Part shown: piece after piece, positions 13,561-35,639 of the stretch
Numbering within the stretch: position 1 is the first letter of the stretch
Layout: each line of letters begins with the position of its first letter
From: the human T2T-CHM13v2.0 reference genome, Homo sapiens
Assembly: GCF_009914755.1 (NCBI RefSeq)
Contig: NC_060934.1
Length of the DNA: 64,000 nt
Strand: one strand, 5' to 3'
Made by a program: the position numbers and the translations under genes
The notes under the pieces: model-generated
What the model was told of the DNA's origin: nothing
What the model saw: only the letters and a program-made list of their open reading frames with translations
Databases searched by the model: none

Positions 13561-16500
13561 TATTTGATTATTTAATATTTATTTTAGATTAAGCATGCAT
13601 GTGTACATTTGTTACATGAATATATTGCATGATGCTGAGGTTTGGGCTTCTATTGAACATATTATCTGAATAGTAAACATAGTATCCAATAAGTAGCTTT
13701 TCAAACCTTGCCTTCCTTCCTTCCCCTGTTTTGGAGTCCCCAGTGTCTGTTATTTCCATCCTTTTGCTCCTGTGTACCCAAAGTTTAGCTCTCACCTATA
13801 AGTGAGGACATGCGGTATTTGGTTTTCTGTTTACATCTTAATTCATTTAGGATGATGGCATCCAGGCACATCTATGTTACTGCAAAGGAAAGGATTTCAT
13901 TCTTTCTTCTGGCTACATAGTATTCCATGGTGTATATGCATCATAGTTTCTTTATCCAATCCACCATTGTTGGAAACCAATGTTGATTCCATGTCTTTGC
14001 TATTTCATATTTGCAATATAACATGCAAGTGTGCAGAAGCTCTTTAGTTTAATTTGGTCTCACTTGTCAACTTTTGTTTTTGTTGCTTTTGTGTTTTAGT
14101 ACTTAGTCATAAATTCTTTGCATAGGCCAATATCCAAAAGAGCTTCTTAGGTCTAATTCTAGGCTTCTTATAGTCTAAAGTTTTACATTTAAGTCTTTAA
14201 TCAATCTTGAGTTAATTTTTTTATATGGTGAGAGACAGGAGTCTAATTTCATTCTTCTGAATATGGTTAGCCAGTTTTCCCAGCACCATTAATTGAATAG
14301 GGTATCCTTGCCCCATTGTATTTTTATCAATTTTGTTAAAGATCAGTTGGTTGTAGGTATGGGACTTCATTTCTGGATTCTCTATTTTGTTCCATTGGTC
14401 TATGTGTCTGTTTTTGTACCCAAACCATGCTATTTTGGTTATTGTAGCCTTGTAGTATAGTTTGAAGTCAGGTAATGTGTTGCCCCTGCCTTTGTTCTTT
14501 TAGCTTAAGATTGCTTTGGCTATTCAGGCTCTTTTTTAGTTAAATACAAATTTTAGAATTGATTTTCTAATTCTGTGTAAAAATAACTTTGGCAGTTTGA
14601 TAGGAACTGCATTGAATTTGTAGATTGCTTTGGGCAGTAAAGACATTTTAATGATGTTGATTCTTCCAATCCATAAGCATGTAATATTTTTCCATTTGTT
14701 TGTGTCATCTATGATTTCATTCAGCAGTGTTTTGTAGTTCTACTTAAAGAGATCTTTTACCTCCTTGGATAGAGGTATTCCTAAGTATTTCTTTTTTTTT
14801 TTTCCTGTGGCTCTTGTAAATGGGATTGTGTTCTTGACTTGGTTCTCAGTTTGAATATTGCATTGTATAGAAATACTACTGCTGTTTGTATATTGATTTC
14901 TTATCTTAAAACTTTACTGAAATTTTTAATCAACTCTAGGAGTCTTTGGTCAGAATCATTAGGGTTTTCTAGGTATAGAATCCTATCATCAGTGAAGAAA
15001 TAAAATTTAATTTCCTCTTTTCCTATTTGGATGCCTTTTGTTTCTTGCTTTTGTCTGATCATTCTGGCTAGGGCTTCCAGTATTAAGTTGAATAAGAGTG
15101 GTGAAAGTGGATATTCTTGTCTTGTTCTTGTTCTTATGAGAATTCTTTCAACTTTTGCCTGTTTAGTATAATGTAGACTAGGTTTGTCAATAGATGGTTC
15201 TTATTATTTTAGGTATGTTCTTTGAATGCCTAGTCTATTGAGGGTTTTAATTATGAAGGCATGTTGGATTTTATCAAATGTTTTACCTGCATCTGTTGAG
15301 ATAATCTTATGTTTTTTTTTCATTTTAAATTCTGTTTATGTGGTGAATCACATTAACTGATTTGCATATATTTGAACAACCCTTACATCCCAGGAATAAA
15401 GTTCACTTGATATTGTATTATCTTTTTGATGTGCTGCTGAATGTGGTTTGCAAGTACTTTGTTGAGGATTTTTTCATTTATGTTCATCAGATATATTGGC
15501 CTAGGGTTTTGTTTTTTGTGTGAGTATTTGCCATATTTTGGTATCAGGATGATATAGGTTTTGTAGAGTAAGTTAGAGGAGAATCTCTCATCCTCGATTT
15601 TTTGGAATAGTTTCAGTAGGATTGGCATGAGCTCCCCTTTGTATGTCTGGTAGAATTCAGCTATGAATTCATCTAGTCCCAGGCTTCTATTACTTATTCA
15701 ATTCATTCTGTAATTCATTGTTGGTCTGTTCAGTGTTTCAGGTTCTTCCTGGTTCAATCTTGGGAAGTTGTGTGTTTCCAGGAACGTATTCATTTCTTCT
15801 AGGTTATCTAGTTGTGCACATAGAAATGTTCATAGTAGTCTCTGAGAATCTTTTGAATCTCCGTGGGACTCGATTGAATGTCGCCTTTGTTATTGCTGAT
15901 TGTGCTTATTTGGATCTTTTCTTTTTTGTTAATCTTGCTCGCAGTCTATCAATTTTGGTTACACTTTCAAAGAACCAACTTTTCATTTTGTTGATCCTTT
16001 GTGTGGATTTTTGAGTCTCGATTTTATTCAGTCCTGTTCTTATTTTTGTTATTTCTTTTCTTATGCTATATTTGGATGTAGTTTTTTTTCTTGTTTTACT
16101 ACTTGCTCTGGGTGCAATGTTAGATTGTTAATTTGAGATATTTCTATCTTTTTGATGTAGGTATTTAGCACTATAATCTTTCCTTTTTAAACTGCTATTA
16201 TTGCATCCCAGAGGTTTTTGTTCATTGTGTCTCTATTTTCATTTGTTTAAAAAATTCTTTGATTTCTGCTTTAATTTTATTGTTTACCCAAACAAAAGTC
16301 ATTCAAGAGTAATTTCTTTAGTTTCCGTGTGTGTTTGTGTGTGAGTGTCTGTGTTTTAGAGTTCCTCTTGCTATTGATTTTTATTTTTATTCTACTGCGG
16401 TCCAAGAAGATGCTTGATATTATTTGATTGTTTTTATTTCTTGACACTTGCTTTATAACTGCATATGTGATCACTCTTAGAGTATGTTCCATGTGAAGAT

Positions 16501-19500
16501 GAGAAAAAAAATATATATTGTGGTTGTTGGGTAGAGTATTCTGTAGATGTCTATTAGGTTCAATTGGTCAAGTGGCAAATTTAAGTCCAGAATTTATTTG
16601 TTTAGATTTCTGCCTCAATAATCTATCTACCACTGTCAGTGGAGTGTTGAAGTTCCCAGTTATTACTGAGGGGCTGTCTACCTCTTAGGTCTAGTAGTGA
16701 TTTCTTTATGTATCGTGATGCTCCAATTAGTGTTGGGTGCATATTTATTTAAGATAGTTAATTATTCTTATTGAATTGAGCCCTTTGTCATTAAGCAATA
16801 ACATTTTTTTGTCCTTGTTTCTGTTTTTGGCTGAAGATCTGTTTTCTCTGATATGAGAATAGAAACTCCTGCTCTTTTTTGTTTTCCATTTGCATGATTA
16901 ATCTTTCTCTATCCCTTTACTTTGAACCCATGAGTGTCATTACTTGTGAGATGGGTCTCTTGAAGACAGCAGATGGGTGATTCTGATTTTTTTATTCCAA
17001 TTCGCCACTGTATGTCTTTTAAGTGGAGGATTTAGGCCATTTATGTTCAAGGTTAACATTGATATGTGAGATTGTGTTCCTGTCATAGTTTTGTTAGCTA
17101 GTTTCTTTGCAGTCTCAATTGTGTAGTTGCTTTATAGAGTCTGTGGACTATGTACTTAACTGTGCTTTTTCTGTGTATTGTTCTTTTATGTCCACATTTA
17201 GAACTCCCTTAAGCATTTCTGCAGGGCTAGTCTGGTGGTGATAAATTCCCTTACCGATTGCTTGACTCAGAAAGACTCAATTTCTCCTTCGTTTATGAAG
17301 CTTAGTTTTGAAGAATATGAATGTTTATGCTGGAATGTCATTCCTTTTAGAGTACTAAACATAGACCTCTAATCTCTGCTGGATTGTGAGGTCTCTTCTG
17401 AGAAGTCCACTGTTAGTCTGATGGGTTCCCTTTGTAGGTAGTGTTGCTCTTTTCTCTAGCTGTGTCTGAGATTTGTTTTTTCTTTTGTGTTAACCTTGGA
17501 TAGTCTAACGACTATGTGTCTTGGGGATGGCTGTCTTTATAGTATATAACAGGGGTTCTCTGGATTTCTGGTGTATGCATGTCAACATCTCTAGCAAAAT
17601 TGAGAATATTTTCTTGAATTTTTTCCTCAGATATGTTTTCCAAGTTGGTTACTCTTTCTTTTCTCTCAGGAATACCAATAAGTTGTAGAAGTGGTTTCTT
17701 TACATAATCCCATATTTCTTGAAGGCTTTGTCTTTTTAAAAAATATTTTTTCTTTATTTTTGCATGACTGGGTTAATTTGAAGAATCAGTCTTCAAGCTT
17801 TGAAATGTTTCCTTCTGCTTGGCCTAGTCTGTTTTTAAGTCTCCCAACTATATTTTGAAATTTATTTAGTGAATTTTTCAGTTCCAGAAGTTCAGTTTGG
17901 CTCTTTCTTAATATAACTATGTTGTCTTTCAAATCTTGGACTGTTTTTCTGGTTTCTTTGCATTGGATTTCTATTTTGTCTTATGTCTCATTGACTTTCC
18001 TTGACATCCATCTTCTGAGTTCTATGTGTCTCATTTCAGACATTTACATCTGGTCAGGATCCTTTCCTAGGGAGCTAGTGAGAGGCTTTGGAGATCACAA
18101 AACACTCTGGCTTTGTGTATTGCCAGACTTCTTGTGCTTATTCCTTTCCATCTGCGGGAGTTGACACTTCTTTTTTGAATTTGCTTCATTTAGATGGGGT
18201 TTGTATTAGTCAGAGTTCTCTATAGGTACCGAAGTAATAGGATAGATGTACATTTGAAGGGGAGTTTATTAAGGATCATTGACTCACACGATCACAAGGT
18301 AAAGTCCCACAATAAGCCATCTGCAAGCTGAGGAGCAGGGAAGCCAGTCCGAGTCCCAAAACCTCAAAAGCAGGGAAGCTGACAGTGCAGCCTTCAGTCT
18401 GTGGCTGAAGGCCTGAGAGCCCCTGGCAAACCACTGGTGTAAGTCCAAGAGTCCAAAAGCTGAAGAACTGGAAGCATCCAGCACAGGATAAAGATGAAAG
18501 CCAGGAGACTCAGCAAGTCTGCTCTTCTGCCTTCTCCTGCCTGCTTTGTCCTAGCCGTGCTGGCAGCTGATTAGATGGTGCCCACCCAGATTGAGGGTGG
18601 TTCTGCCTCTCCTAGTCCAGACTCAAATGTTAATCTCCTTTGGCAACACCCTCCAAACACACCCGGGAACAATATTTTGCACCCTTTAATACAATCAAGT
18701 TGACACTCAGTATTAACCATCACAGGGCTTTTATATTTTTTATTCTCTTTGAAAGTATGACAGTGGTGTATGTGATTGATTGGCTTCATTTCTCGGTAGT
18801 TGCAGAGGGTGAAGTTTCCATATATGTTCCTTGGTTACAGATAGGTTGCTGCAGTGGCTTTCACAGATGTTGCTTGTTTTAGCAATATATTTTTATATGA
18901 TGGTATAACTTCAGTCTGGTAGATGGACTTAAGAGTAAGAGCTGGCAGGTGGGGTCTTGGTGCATGTTTGTCCTCACTGGAGAATCATGAGAAACAACTT
19001 CTTTCAGTGCACGCTTTCTGGGCCCCTATGGGAAGAGCTGTTGTTGCATCTGCAACAGTGTACTGGGGAAGGGAGATGGAGGCGAGACATAATTCCTTCT
19101 CCAAGTCTGGTTCTGGGCCTTGGTGGTGCTCCTTTCAGTGGCTTATGCCATGGCCGCATTTTCTTTGTCTCATGTTGTGCTTTGGCAGGCTGCACTCCCC
19201 CTTCCCTTAGGGATGGTCCACACTGAGGATTACATCTCTAGGGACACACAACTCTCCAGAGACCCACCAGTCCACTGTGCTTACCAAAGTCAGAGCAGGT
19301 TTTAGGGTATGTCTGCAGTTGCTCTGATGATGCAGTATTTCAAGGGTAGAGGATCTCCAGGCAGGGCAGTGGCACAATGGGTGCAACACCAGTATGGAGT
19401 CTGCAGCCCATGATTTTCAGCCCAGCAGGCAACCATGGAGTCTGCCTAGCTTACACTCCCCTGACCCAGCAGATCTCCCACAGACACTCGCCCTGGCGGC

Positions 19501-20558
19501 AAGCCCAACCAACTAGGCTTTCCCCAAGCCATCTGCTCCCACATTGTTGAGCTGCTCCAGGCATTCTGTGCCAGGACACTCCCTGGGAAAGAAGCTACCA
19601 CCATCAGGCCATACCCTTCATGGTCTGGTCTTGCAAAGGGAGGGGCGTCCAGCTCCCATGCCCCCATGAGAACCCATACCACACCCTTCTCTGCATTCTG
19701 ACTATGGAGGATCCTCCTTCACTTGAGATTAGGTTACAAATCTCAGCTCAGTGTCCCTGGGTGGTATACTTGAGTCTTGGGGAGTTGGGACTGGGCTCAC
19801 GGATTTGTCCTCTGGCCTCTAAGCTTCAAGCACTGGCTGTGACTTGGGGACAGGGTGGTGAGCTTTTCCCAGGCTGTCAACAAAACACTCAAGCTATGCA
19901 GTGGATGCTGTGCTGTGGACACCCTCTTGCAGGCATGACCAGGCATGAGCTCTGGGAAGGGGTTGACAGGCAAGGGGGCATGTGGACCAGATGCAACTTA
20001 ATCACACAGCACTGGTGATGGGGCCTATCTTGGGCATGTGAGCAGGCCAGGCGCGGTTCACTCCCAGCCTGGCGGACAGCAGGAACTTAGCCACTCAGTA
20101 TGAAATGGAGGCTTGTGGGATGGGCACCTAGGGTTGCATTTTGCTGCAGCTGCACAGCACAACAAAGCCTTCTGGGCTCTGTGTGGGCTCAAACTGTGCC
20201 TCTGCATGTGCTCGAGGCAGCTCTCCTACCAGTCCAAAGATCTATGAGGGTCGTAGAAACTCCTGTAACTAGGATCTCAGAGGTACATTATGGGTATGTA
20301 GTGTCCCAGGGTTCCTTCACTCACCCCTTCCTTGGGTTTGTTCAGGGTATATGGGCCAGTCCTGATGTCTAGTGACTCTGAGCAGACTGTCCCATTTCTT
20401 CCCTCTTCAACCATGGTGTCTGTGTCACCTCTGTGTCAACTTTCAGTGTTTTCTCTCAAAAGATCTGTTTAAAATGTGAAGGTTTACTAGATATTTGGGT
20501 TCCTCTCCATGGAAGAGGCACTTCCCAACTGCATCTCCTTGGCCATCTGCCATTCTCC
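13561..20558 (-). mobile_element. Near full-length L1PB-type LINE (3'UTR, ORF2, ORF1, 5'UTR; inactive), interrupted by an MLT2 LTR
   Basis: L1PB-type 3' end (TATATTGCATGATGCTGAGGTTTGGG); ORF2 remnants in the ORF track ([12 protein letters not shown]...[29 protein letters not shown]); 5' end resembles the L1 start (reverse GGAGAATGGCAGATGGCCAAGG); candidate TSD aaatcattt 13552-13560 / aaatctttt 20559-20567. Confidence 0.85.
18202..18724 (-). mobile_element. MLT2A (ERVL) solo LTR inserted in the L1
   Basis: TG...CA termini; reverse strand starts TGTGATGGTTAATACTGAGTGTCAACTTGATTG as in the MLT2A consensus; 5-bp TSD gggtt/gggct. Confidence 0.9.
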
Positions 20559-20718
20559 AAATCTTTTTTGGTGCCTATTTTTCCTTTTTACTTTCTGTGC
20601 TTCCTCCTTATTCTCTTCCTCCAACACTGATATGTACTCTGACATTCAATTCTAAATATATATATTATAAAAAATAGATATAATGTGCATATATGTGTTC
20701 ATTAAGGATAGAATACTT

Positions 20719-22884
<2,166 letters not shown>

Positions 22885-23344
22885 TGTGTCCTTCAGTTCC
22901 CCAAACAGTCGCAGAACAAGCCTGATTCTGAAATTTCTGTTCTCTTTAGGCTCTAGCCTGATTTTCTGGCTCATAAGGCCAAAGGGAGCTGGAAAGGTCC
23001 CCACGGCAGGACTCATGGTGGAGAGAGAATGATCTAGAGGATTCAGGCCTCTGCACACTGTGTCTGGGTCCCTCCTTAAAGAATGATAAAGACAAGTAAA
23101 GAGCTTGAAGCAGCCTGGAGTCCAGCCAGAAACCTTTAACTGAGCTTTAAAGGAGATGGTCACAACACTTTTCAGAATACTGGCAAAGGCCTCCTGTGGC
23201 CAGGTTTGTCCTGGGATGAGCAAAATTTAATGTTAACCTGCTGTATCTTTGCTTTTAATATATCTGCTTGCCCATCACAATGATATTATGGTTAATTTCA
23301 CCAATTTGGTAACCTGCCTCTTGGGAAGTACGAAAGTAAGCAAG

Positions 23345-23705
<361 letters not shown>

Positions 23706-23769
23706 CTAACCAAGACCTCTGTAAGAATTCTGTCTTTGATTCCACAATAAAGTGGTGTGAAATTACTAT

Positions 23770-23905
23770 AAGCAAATGTTTACATGTCTCATTTAATCTT
23801 CACAGCAATCCTATGAGGCAAGTAGAATTGTTATCCTCATTTTCTGAGCGATGAAACTGAGGCTCAGGGGAGGGTGTGACCTTGCCAAGTCCCCACAACT
23901 GGAAA
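23770..23905 (-). mobile_element. MIR SINE
   Basis: ATTTAATCTTCACAGCAATCCTATGAGG...GATGAAACTGAGGCTCAG...GTGACCTTGCCAAG. Confidence 0.75.
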
Positions 23906-25152
23906 CCACAGAACAAAATGACCTGAGTCACACATGCTAGAAAAAACTCATTGTGCCTCCCCATGGAGATTCACAATGGCTATTTCTGTTGCAATAGAGG
24001 ATGAAGCAGGTGGTCTTTCCAATCAAGAGCTGTTAAGAAAGGCTCCAGTTCTCCCCGGGGAATCTCAGAATCAGACTGAAGATTCGGAAGAGCCTTTGCT
24101 GACCACTGAGTCAAACTCCCCAGAATCCTTTTGTAGTACCGCTGACCAGTGAGTGATCATCAAACCTCCAAAGACTTCGGTAATTTGCAGATTCTAGGGA
24201 AAATTCCATGAGTTAACAGAGGTGAAATTTGAAAGTTCCATAGAGAAATTCTGGAACTTGAAATTATCATAGGAAGATTATTATGCAATTTCGTTCCTGT
24301 TAGTAGTCTTTAATAAAGAGACTTCAGGTGAACACTGGGTTGAACCAAGATTACTTTCTCCCATTGTCACCATTCTGATTTCAGATTGTTCCTTGCTGGT
24401 TTATATCCTCTTCAATTCCATTTTGTACCAGATAGAGGCAGAGTAGAAGGAAAAACTGAACAACAAACCGCATTTGTGCCAGCTCGAGGGATAAACACCC
24501 TCTAAGGAGCATCTCAAGCTTTCCACAAGATTTCAACAGGGTCAACCCAGTTCACAGGCAGGTAGTGTGTCTTCAATGTGTGGCCAATCGCTGTTGGACA
24601 AACAGGAGGTGTTTTCCCCAGGATACCCTGCACTAGACTCGGCATCTTTTCAGTCTTCTTCCTATTCTGTCTCCTTCCCAGCACACTGACACTGGAAGCA
24701 CACTAAGTCATCACATGAGCAATTCACAGGTGCCATGAAATACCTCACAAATGTACAGCACTTTAACTGTTGACCCCATGTATTAGGTAAGAAAGATATT
24801 ATTATTTACATTTATCTATTGGAACTTGGGGGCACAGAGTGTTTAAATTACCTGCCCAAGGGCACACAAGTCACTCGCCTCTTGTGTTTCAATTATACAA
24901 TGGCTTAGTGATTCTTTCTTTCAGACGATTGTTGTGAGGAGTGAATGGAATTAAATCAAGTCTATGTGGAAAGGGCCTGGAGCATGAGTTCTCAATGCAG
25001 GGTGACTACTGTCAGCACCAACTAGTTATGATAATGACCATGATGATGATGGGGAAATAATAACACCTTGAAGTAATAATAATGAAGTTAGAACGATACC
25101 CCCAAATGTATGAAAATTACATCTATAAAATGAGTTAGTTTATAAATCGTGA

Positions 25153-25530
<378 letters not shown>

Positions 25531-25965
25531 TCCAGAATTTCCTAACAAGGTCCCAAGAGATGAAGGTGCTACTGTTCAGTGACCCCCTGCTCAAAAACAC
25601 TGCCCTAGGAGATGGGGGCTCTTCTATGCCCCATTTTTACAGGTAAGGCTAGTCATGGAAGTGGGAGATAGAAAATAAAGGGTGGGGTCAGTTTCCTTTC
25701 TAAAAACCTAAATGCATGTCAGGCAAGTAGGGCTTAGAAAAGAATTTACCCTCCTTCACCTCTGTCACCTCATCCCTCCTTCCAACCTCCATCACTTGTG
25801 TGGCAAACTGGACTCGGAGCCAGAAGGCACCAGAAAAAGTGGAATGTGAGCCTGTAGGCCATCAAGGTGAAGCCCTGAGGATCCCCCGGGGCCAGTCCCT
25901 CCACTTTGATGCGGATAAGCCTCAGCTAGTGTCAAGTTGAAAGGAGAAAAAGACAGGTGAGTCAC

Positions 25966-26388
25966 TGTTAAAGAAACAGGTTCACATATGTAGGTCTAGG
26001 AGCACTGCAAGTAGTTCTTACAGTGAGAGAGAGCAATTGTGCTCAACTCTGAATCCAGCACAAGGAAGTGGTAATTACACTCAAGGAGGAGGATGGGGGT
26101 TAGCAGATAGGAAATGACTATGAGGGAACATGAAGGGTAAGGGAGGATTCTGGCTAAACTGACCTAACGAGATTCTCGCTGAGCACAGGCCAAGGTTATC
26201 TGACATCAGCTGCGGGATGGTGGGGGATGAGGACCCTGATCAGTATATGGCGGACGGGGATTCCTGCCAGCTAAACTGACTTAGCAGGGTAATTTCCTAA
26301 AACTGAATTTTACAAAAAGTGCACAGATGGGTTTAGCAGAAGGTTCAGAAGCCTGACCAATGTACGGTCAAGCAAACAATTTCTGTCA
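25966..26388 (-). mobile_element. MER31-type (ERV1) solo LTR
   Basis: TG...CA ends; reverse strand TGACAGAAATTGTTTGCTTGACC...GTCAGGCTTCTGAACCTTCT...CCCATCTGTGCAC...TGTAAAATTCAGTTTTAG resembles MER31A; 4-bp TSD tcac/ccac. Confidence 0.75.
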
Positions 26389-27166
26389 CCACACAGAATG
26401 CATGCTCCAGGGACCATACTGGGCCTCAGCATCTTCCTACCCCACCAGCTTCCAGGAGGGCATTTTGCCCTGGGCCTCCTGGGTGTTTCCTTGCCTGATC
26501 ATTTCTAGGAGACAAGAGACTTGCACTTTATCATCTAGGATAAATTCAGTGTCAGATTTTTAAGCCTAAATCGGATGACAGTGCTTCAGTGACAATCTCA
26601 GTTATTTAAAAAGGGAGGTTCATTCATTCACCAGTTCTAAAGGTGCACATAAGACATTCTTTTTTTTTTTTTTACAAAAAAATTGAGACCAAGTTAAAAG
26701 AAAAAGAATGAAAAAAATCAAGCAACCCGAATCCCTTATATAATCTCTTCAAAACCCCAAACCAGGGAAATCTTCTCAATATAAACTTGGGAATTTTGTT
26801 GATCACTGACTGCAGTCTGGTGGTTTATACTTATTTTCTTGTGTCCTGTGTCCTCCCTTCTCCCACCCCCAGCCCCTCAGCAGGTGCTGCCTTCCTGTCT
26901 TGGTCTCATTGTCCTCAAATCAGACCTGCAGGTATGGTCCCAAGTGCTTCTAACCTTCATCCTCATATCCACGGGATCCCCTGAGAACCCAGCTTCTGTT
27001 ATTGAGAACTGTCCCACCTGCCGACTAAGGAGTCTGATCTTTATTCAGAATCATTGCTAAGATACCAGAAGAAATAACATGTAAGAGTCTAGTATAGAAC
27101 TCACAGTTCTGATCTGAGGAACTAACAATTGCTTATTTGAATCACTGTATTTCCTATTTATATTCT

Positions 27167-27845
<679 letters not shown>

Positions 27846-28259
27846 TAATGCACCAGGCAGCTTGTCCATAACTTAGTTTAAATATATCTGTCAGGCTCCA
27901 TGCCCATTTGCTGTAAAAGCAAGATTACTGAGGTAATCTTAGATTTTAAAATGGAAAACTGGGCCTCACAAAAGCAGTTGGGAAAATTACCTGGAGATTG
28001 TTTCTAAGGCAGTGCCCAACTGTACCAAGCAAAGGACAACAAGTACAAAGTCAGAGCTTCATTAACTTGATGATTGATTCATTCACTTACTTAATGCAAG
28101 ACTTCAGGGGAAGAAGAGTCGCTGAGTGGAGGAGATGGGAAACAATGCATTATGAAACGCCCATGGTCTCTGGATACCCACCCAGCCAGTACCCACCCTC
28201 CTAGGGTCTGGTCTCGACCATCTCATCATGTGTTTTGAGGGTGCGTTTTCCTACCAGTT

Positions 28260-28555
28260 GTTTTTTTGTCTTTGAGACAGGGTCTCCTCTCGCCCAGGCT
28301 GGAGTGCAGTGGTGCGATCTCGGCTCACTATAGCCTCAACCTTCCGGGCTGGGCGATGCTGGTGCCTCAGCCTCCCGACTAGCTGGGACCACAGGCGCGG
28401 GCCACCACACTCGGCTAATTTTTGTATTTTTAGTAGAGAAGGGGTTTCGCCAGGGTGCCCACGCTGTTCTCGAACTACTGGGCTCAAGGGATCTGCCTGC
28501 CTCAGCCTCCCAAAGTGCTGGGATTACAGGCATGAGCCACCAGCAACACGCCCAG
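28260..28555 (-). mobile_element. Alu (AluJ-type)
   Basis: GAGACAGGGTCTC...GGGCTCAAGGGATCTGCCTGCCTCAGCC. Confidence 0.9.
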
Positions 28556-28859
28556 ATTCTTCTACACCCTTAATTGGGAGGTAAGGCTTCTGCTTGCAGG
28601 CTGTGCGTTCTTCCAGCCAGCCGCACCTTTGCTGTGGACTAAACAGGAACCACTGGATTAGAGTCCTCTGGCTCTCTGCCCTGCAGGAGATTTTAATCAA
28701 AAATTCTAGGCCTAAGGGAAAAGCAGGGTTAAACTGAAAATGCACACAGGGCTCCTGTAAATTTCTTTTCATAAACCACCCGCCCAGGGCATTAAATAGG
28801 GTACTTAGTTGATCCGAACCCTCCAGGGAGACCTCCGACCCTTCTCTTCGTAGCCCCCA

Positions 28860-29060
28860 GCTCCCCTCCCCCGGTTCCACTGAGGCAAGGGGACTGAGCT
28901 GCTCCACATGCCAGGAGTCAGCACGCCGGAAGGCCCCGCCCAGCGGCTGGCGCAGCCAATCGCAGAGCGGGCAAGTGGTGGGGGCGGGCCTGCCTGGGCG
29001 GCAAGGGGGCAGGGGGGTCTAGGGGCTTTAGAGGTCAATTAGCTGCTTTCGGGCGGCCTT
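28860..29060 (+). promoter_or_regulatory. Cathepsin L-type TATA-less promoter remnant (GC boxes plus CCAAT)
   Basis: GCCCCGCCC 28933-28941, CCAAT 28956-28960, GGGGCGGGC 28981-28989, about 1.1 kb upstream of CTSL exon 2; candidate exon-1 donor GTGAGT at 29190. Confidence 0.6.
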
Positions 29061-30115
29061 AGGCGACAGGAGACTCCTGGACCCAGCACCTGCCCACTGT
29101 GCCTGTCCACCTGTGGCTACAGCAGCTGAGACCCCAGTGGGCTAAGATTGGACAGGGGCCACCAGGGACCCAGCAAGTCCTTCAGCTCTGTGAGTGAGGG
29201 ATTTTCCGGAGTGCCAGGCCGCAGTATTCCCAGGGCCGGTGGGGTGGGACAGGGAGGCTCGACCCCGGCAAATCAGGCAGAGGCGCCCCTTGCTCCCTGC
29301 AACATCGCCCACGTCCTGGGGCCACAGTGAGCATGAGCGGAGGGCGGGAGCAAGAGCCAGGAGACCTGGCCTGGGTCCCCAGCCCAAAGCCTGGGAAGCT
29401 GCCTACCCACCCCTGTGTGGGCGCGGACACTGGGGACTCTGGCTTCCGGTGGTTCGGCCACCTGATTCAGTTTATGCTCTGTGAGGGGAGCTGGAGTGTT
29501 GGCAGGACTGGCCCACCTGCAGGACTGCAGGACTGCGGGAACGGCGGTAGATGGGTGCTCTCCTTCCCAGTTTGTCCTGGGAAGACATTCAATAACTGTT
29601 TCATTACAAGGGGCATTTGGAAAACATACTTCACCTTCTGTTGTGTATTAGCCAAGAACAAGGTGTGATGTGACTTCCCAATTATTGGGGATCCCTTTGT
29701 CCCTTCTTGAAATTAGATGTCTTCATTCTTGAGGTTTTGCCTGGATGACCTCAGCACAATTGGTACAAAACCTGGGCCAATGGTTTCCTAGTTTCCCGGT
29801 TGTTGCCTTAAGCTTCTCGCCCATCAGGTACCTTCCTGTCCTTTTCGTAGCCTGTCATCATCATCCCAGAAAACTGTTTCAACTCCTACAGCTCTGGACA
29901 GGCTGCTTTTCATTTTGGTGGGTCCCTCCAATACCTCCACTTGCCCTGTTTTTCTCCAGCCACATCCTTGGCCTCTTCCACAGTCCTTAGGTAAATGCTT
30001 GGAAGAATAATTTAAATATTTTTATTCTACCATGGTGGCCCTAGTTTCTCAGGGGGTAGTAAAATGGCTTTTTAGGATCGGTCTAATCAGATCCTCATTT
30101 CTTTTCCCTTCCTAG

Positions 30116-31238
<1,123 letters not shown>

Positions 31239-31337
31239 GTGAGACTGTGTTAGGTTCAGACCTCCCATCACCCCAGGAAAGCCAAGAAGCAATTGACATT
31301 TGTGCTATGGTAGACTGTGCAGCAACATGCAGTTCAC

Positions 31338-31995
31338 TTTTTTTTTTGTATAATTTTTTTGTTTGTTTGTTTTGAGACAGAGCCTCACTCTGTTGCTCAA
31401 GGTTGAGTGCAGCGGCGTGATCTCTCCTCACTGAAACCTCTGTCTCCCAGATTCAAGAGATTATCCTGGCTCAGCCTCCCAAGTAGCTGGGGTTACAGGT
31501 GCCTGCCTCCCCTTCCAGCTAATTTTTTGTATTTTTAGTAGAGATGGGGTTTTGCCATGTTGGTCAGGCTGGTCTTGAGCTCCTGACCACAGGTCATCCA
31601 CCTGCGTCGGCCTCCTAAAATGCTGGGATTACAGGCATGAGCCACCAAGCCTGGCCTGTTTTTTTTTGTTTGTTTTGTTTTTGTTTTGTTTTTTTTGTTT
31701 TGTTTTTTGAGACAGGTCCTGCTCTGTCCTGCAGGCTGGAGTGTAGTGGTATGATCTCGGGTCACTGCAGCCTCTGCCTCCCAAGCTGAAGCCATCCTCC
31801 TGCCTCAGCCTCCTGAATAGCTGGGGCTGCAGGTATTCACCACCACTACACCCAGCTAATTTTAAAATTTTTTTTTCGTAGAGACAGGGTTTTACCATGT
31901 TGCCCAGCCTGGTCTTGAACTTCTGGGGTCAAGTGATCCGCCTGTCTCAGCCTCACTAAGTGCTGGGATTACAGCTGTGAGCCACCACATGTGGC
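31338..31995 (-). mobile_element. Two tandem Alus
   Basis: Two T-rich tails (31338, 31658), each followed by a reverse Alu dimer. Confidence 0.9.
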
Positions 31996-35635
<3,640 letters not shown>

Positions 35636-35639
35636 TCTA

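Noticed and set aside
15383-15628. RT-like ORF as an active retroelement gene
   Set aside because: Short fragment of a heavily mutated L1 ORF2.
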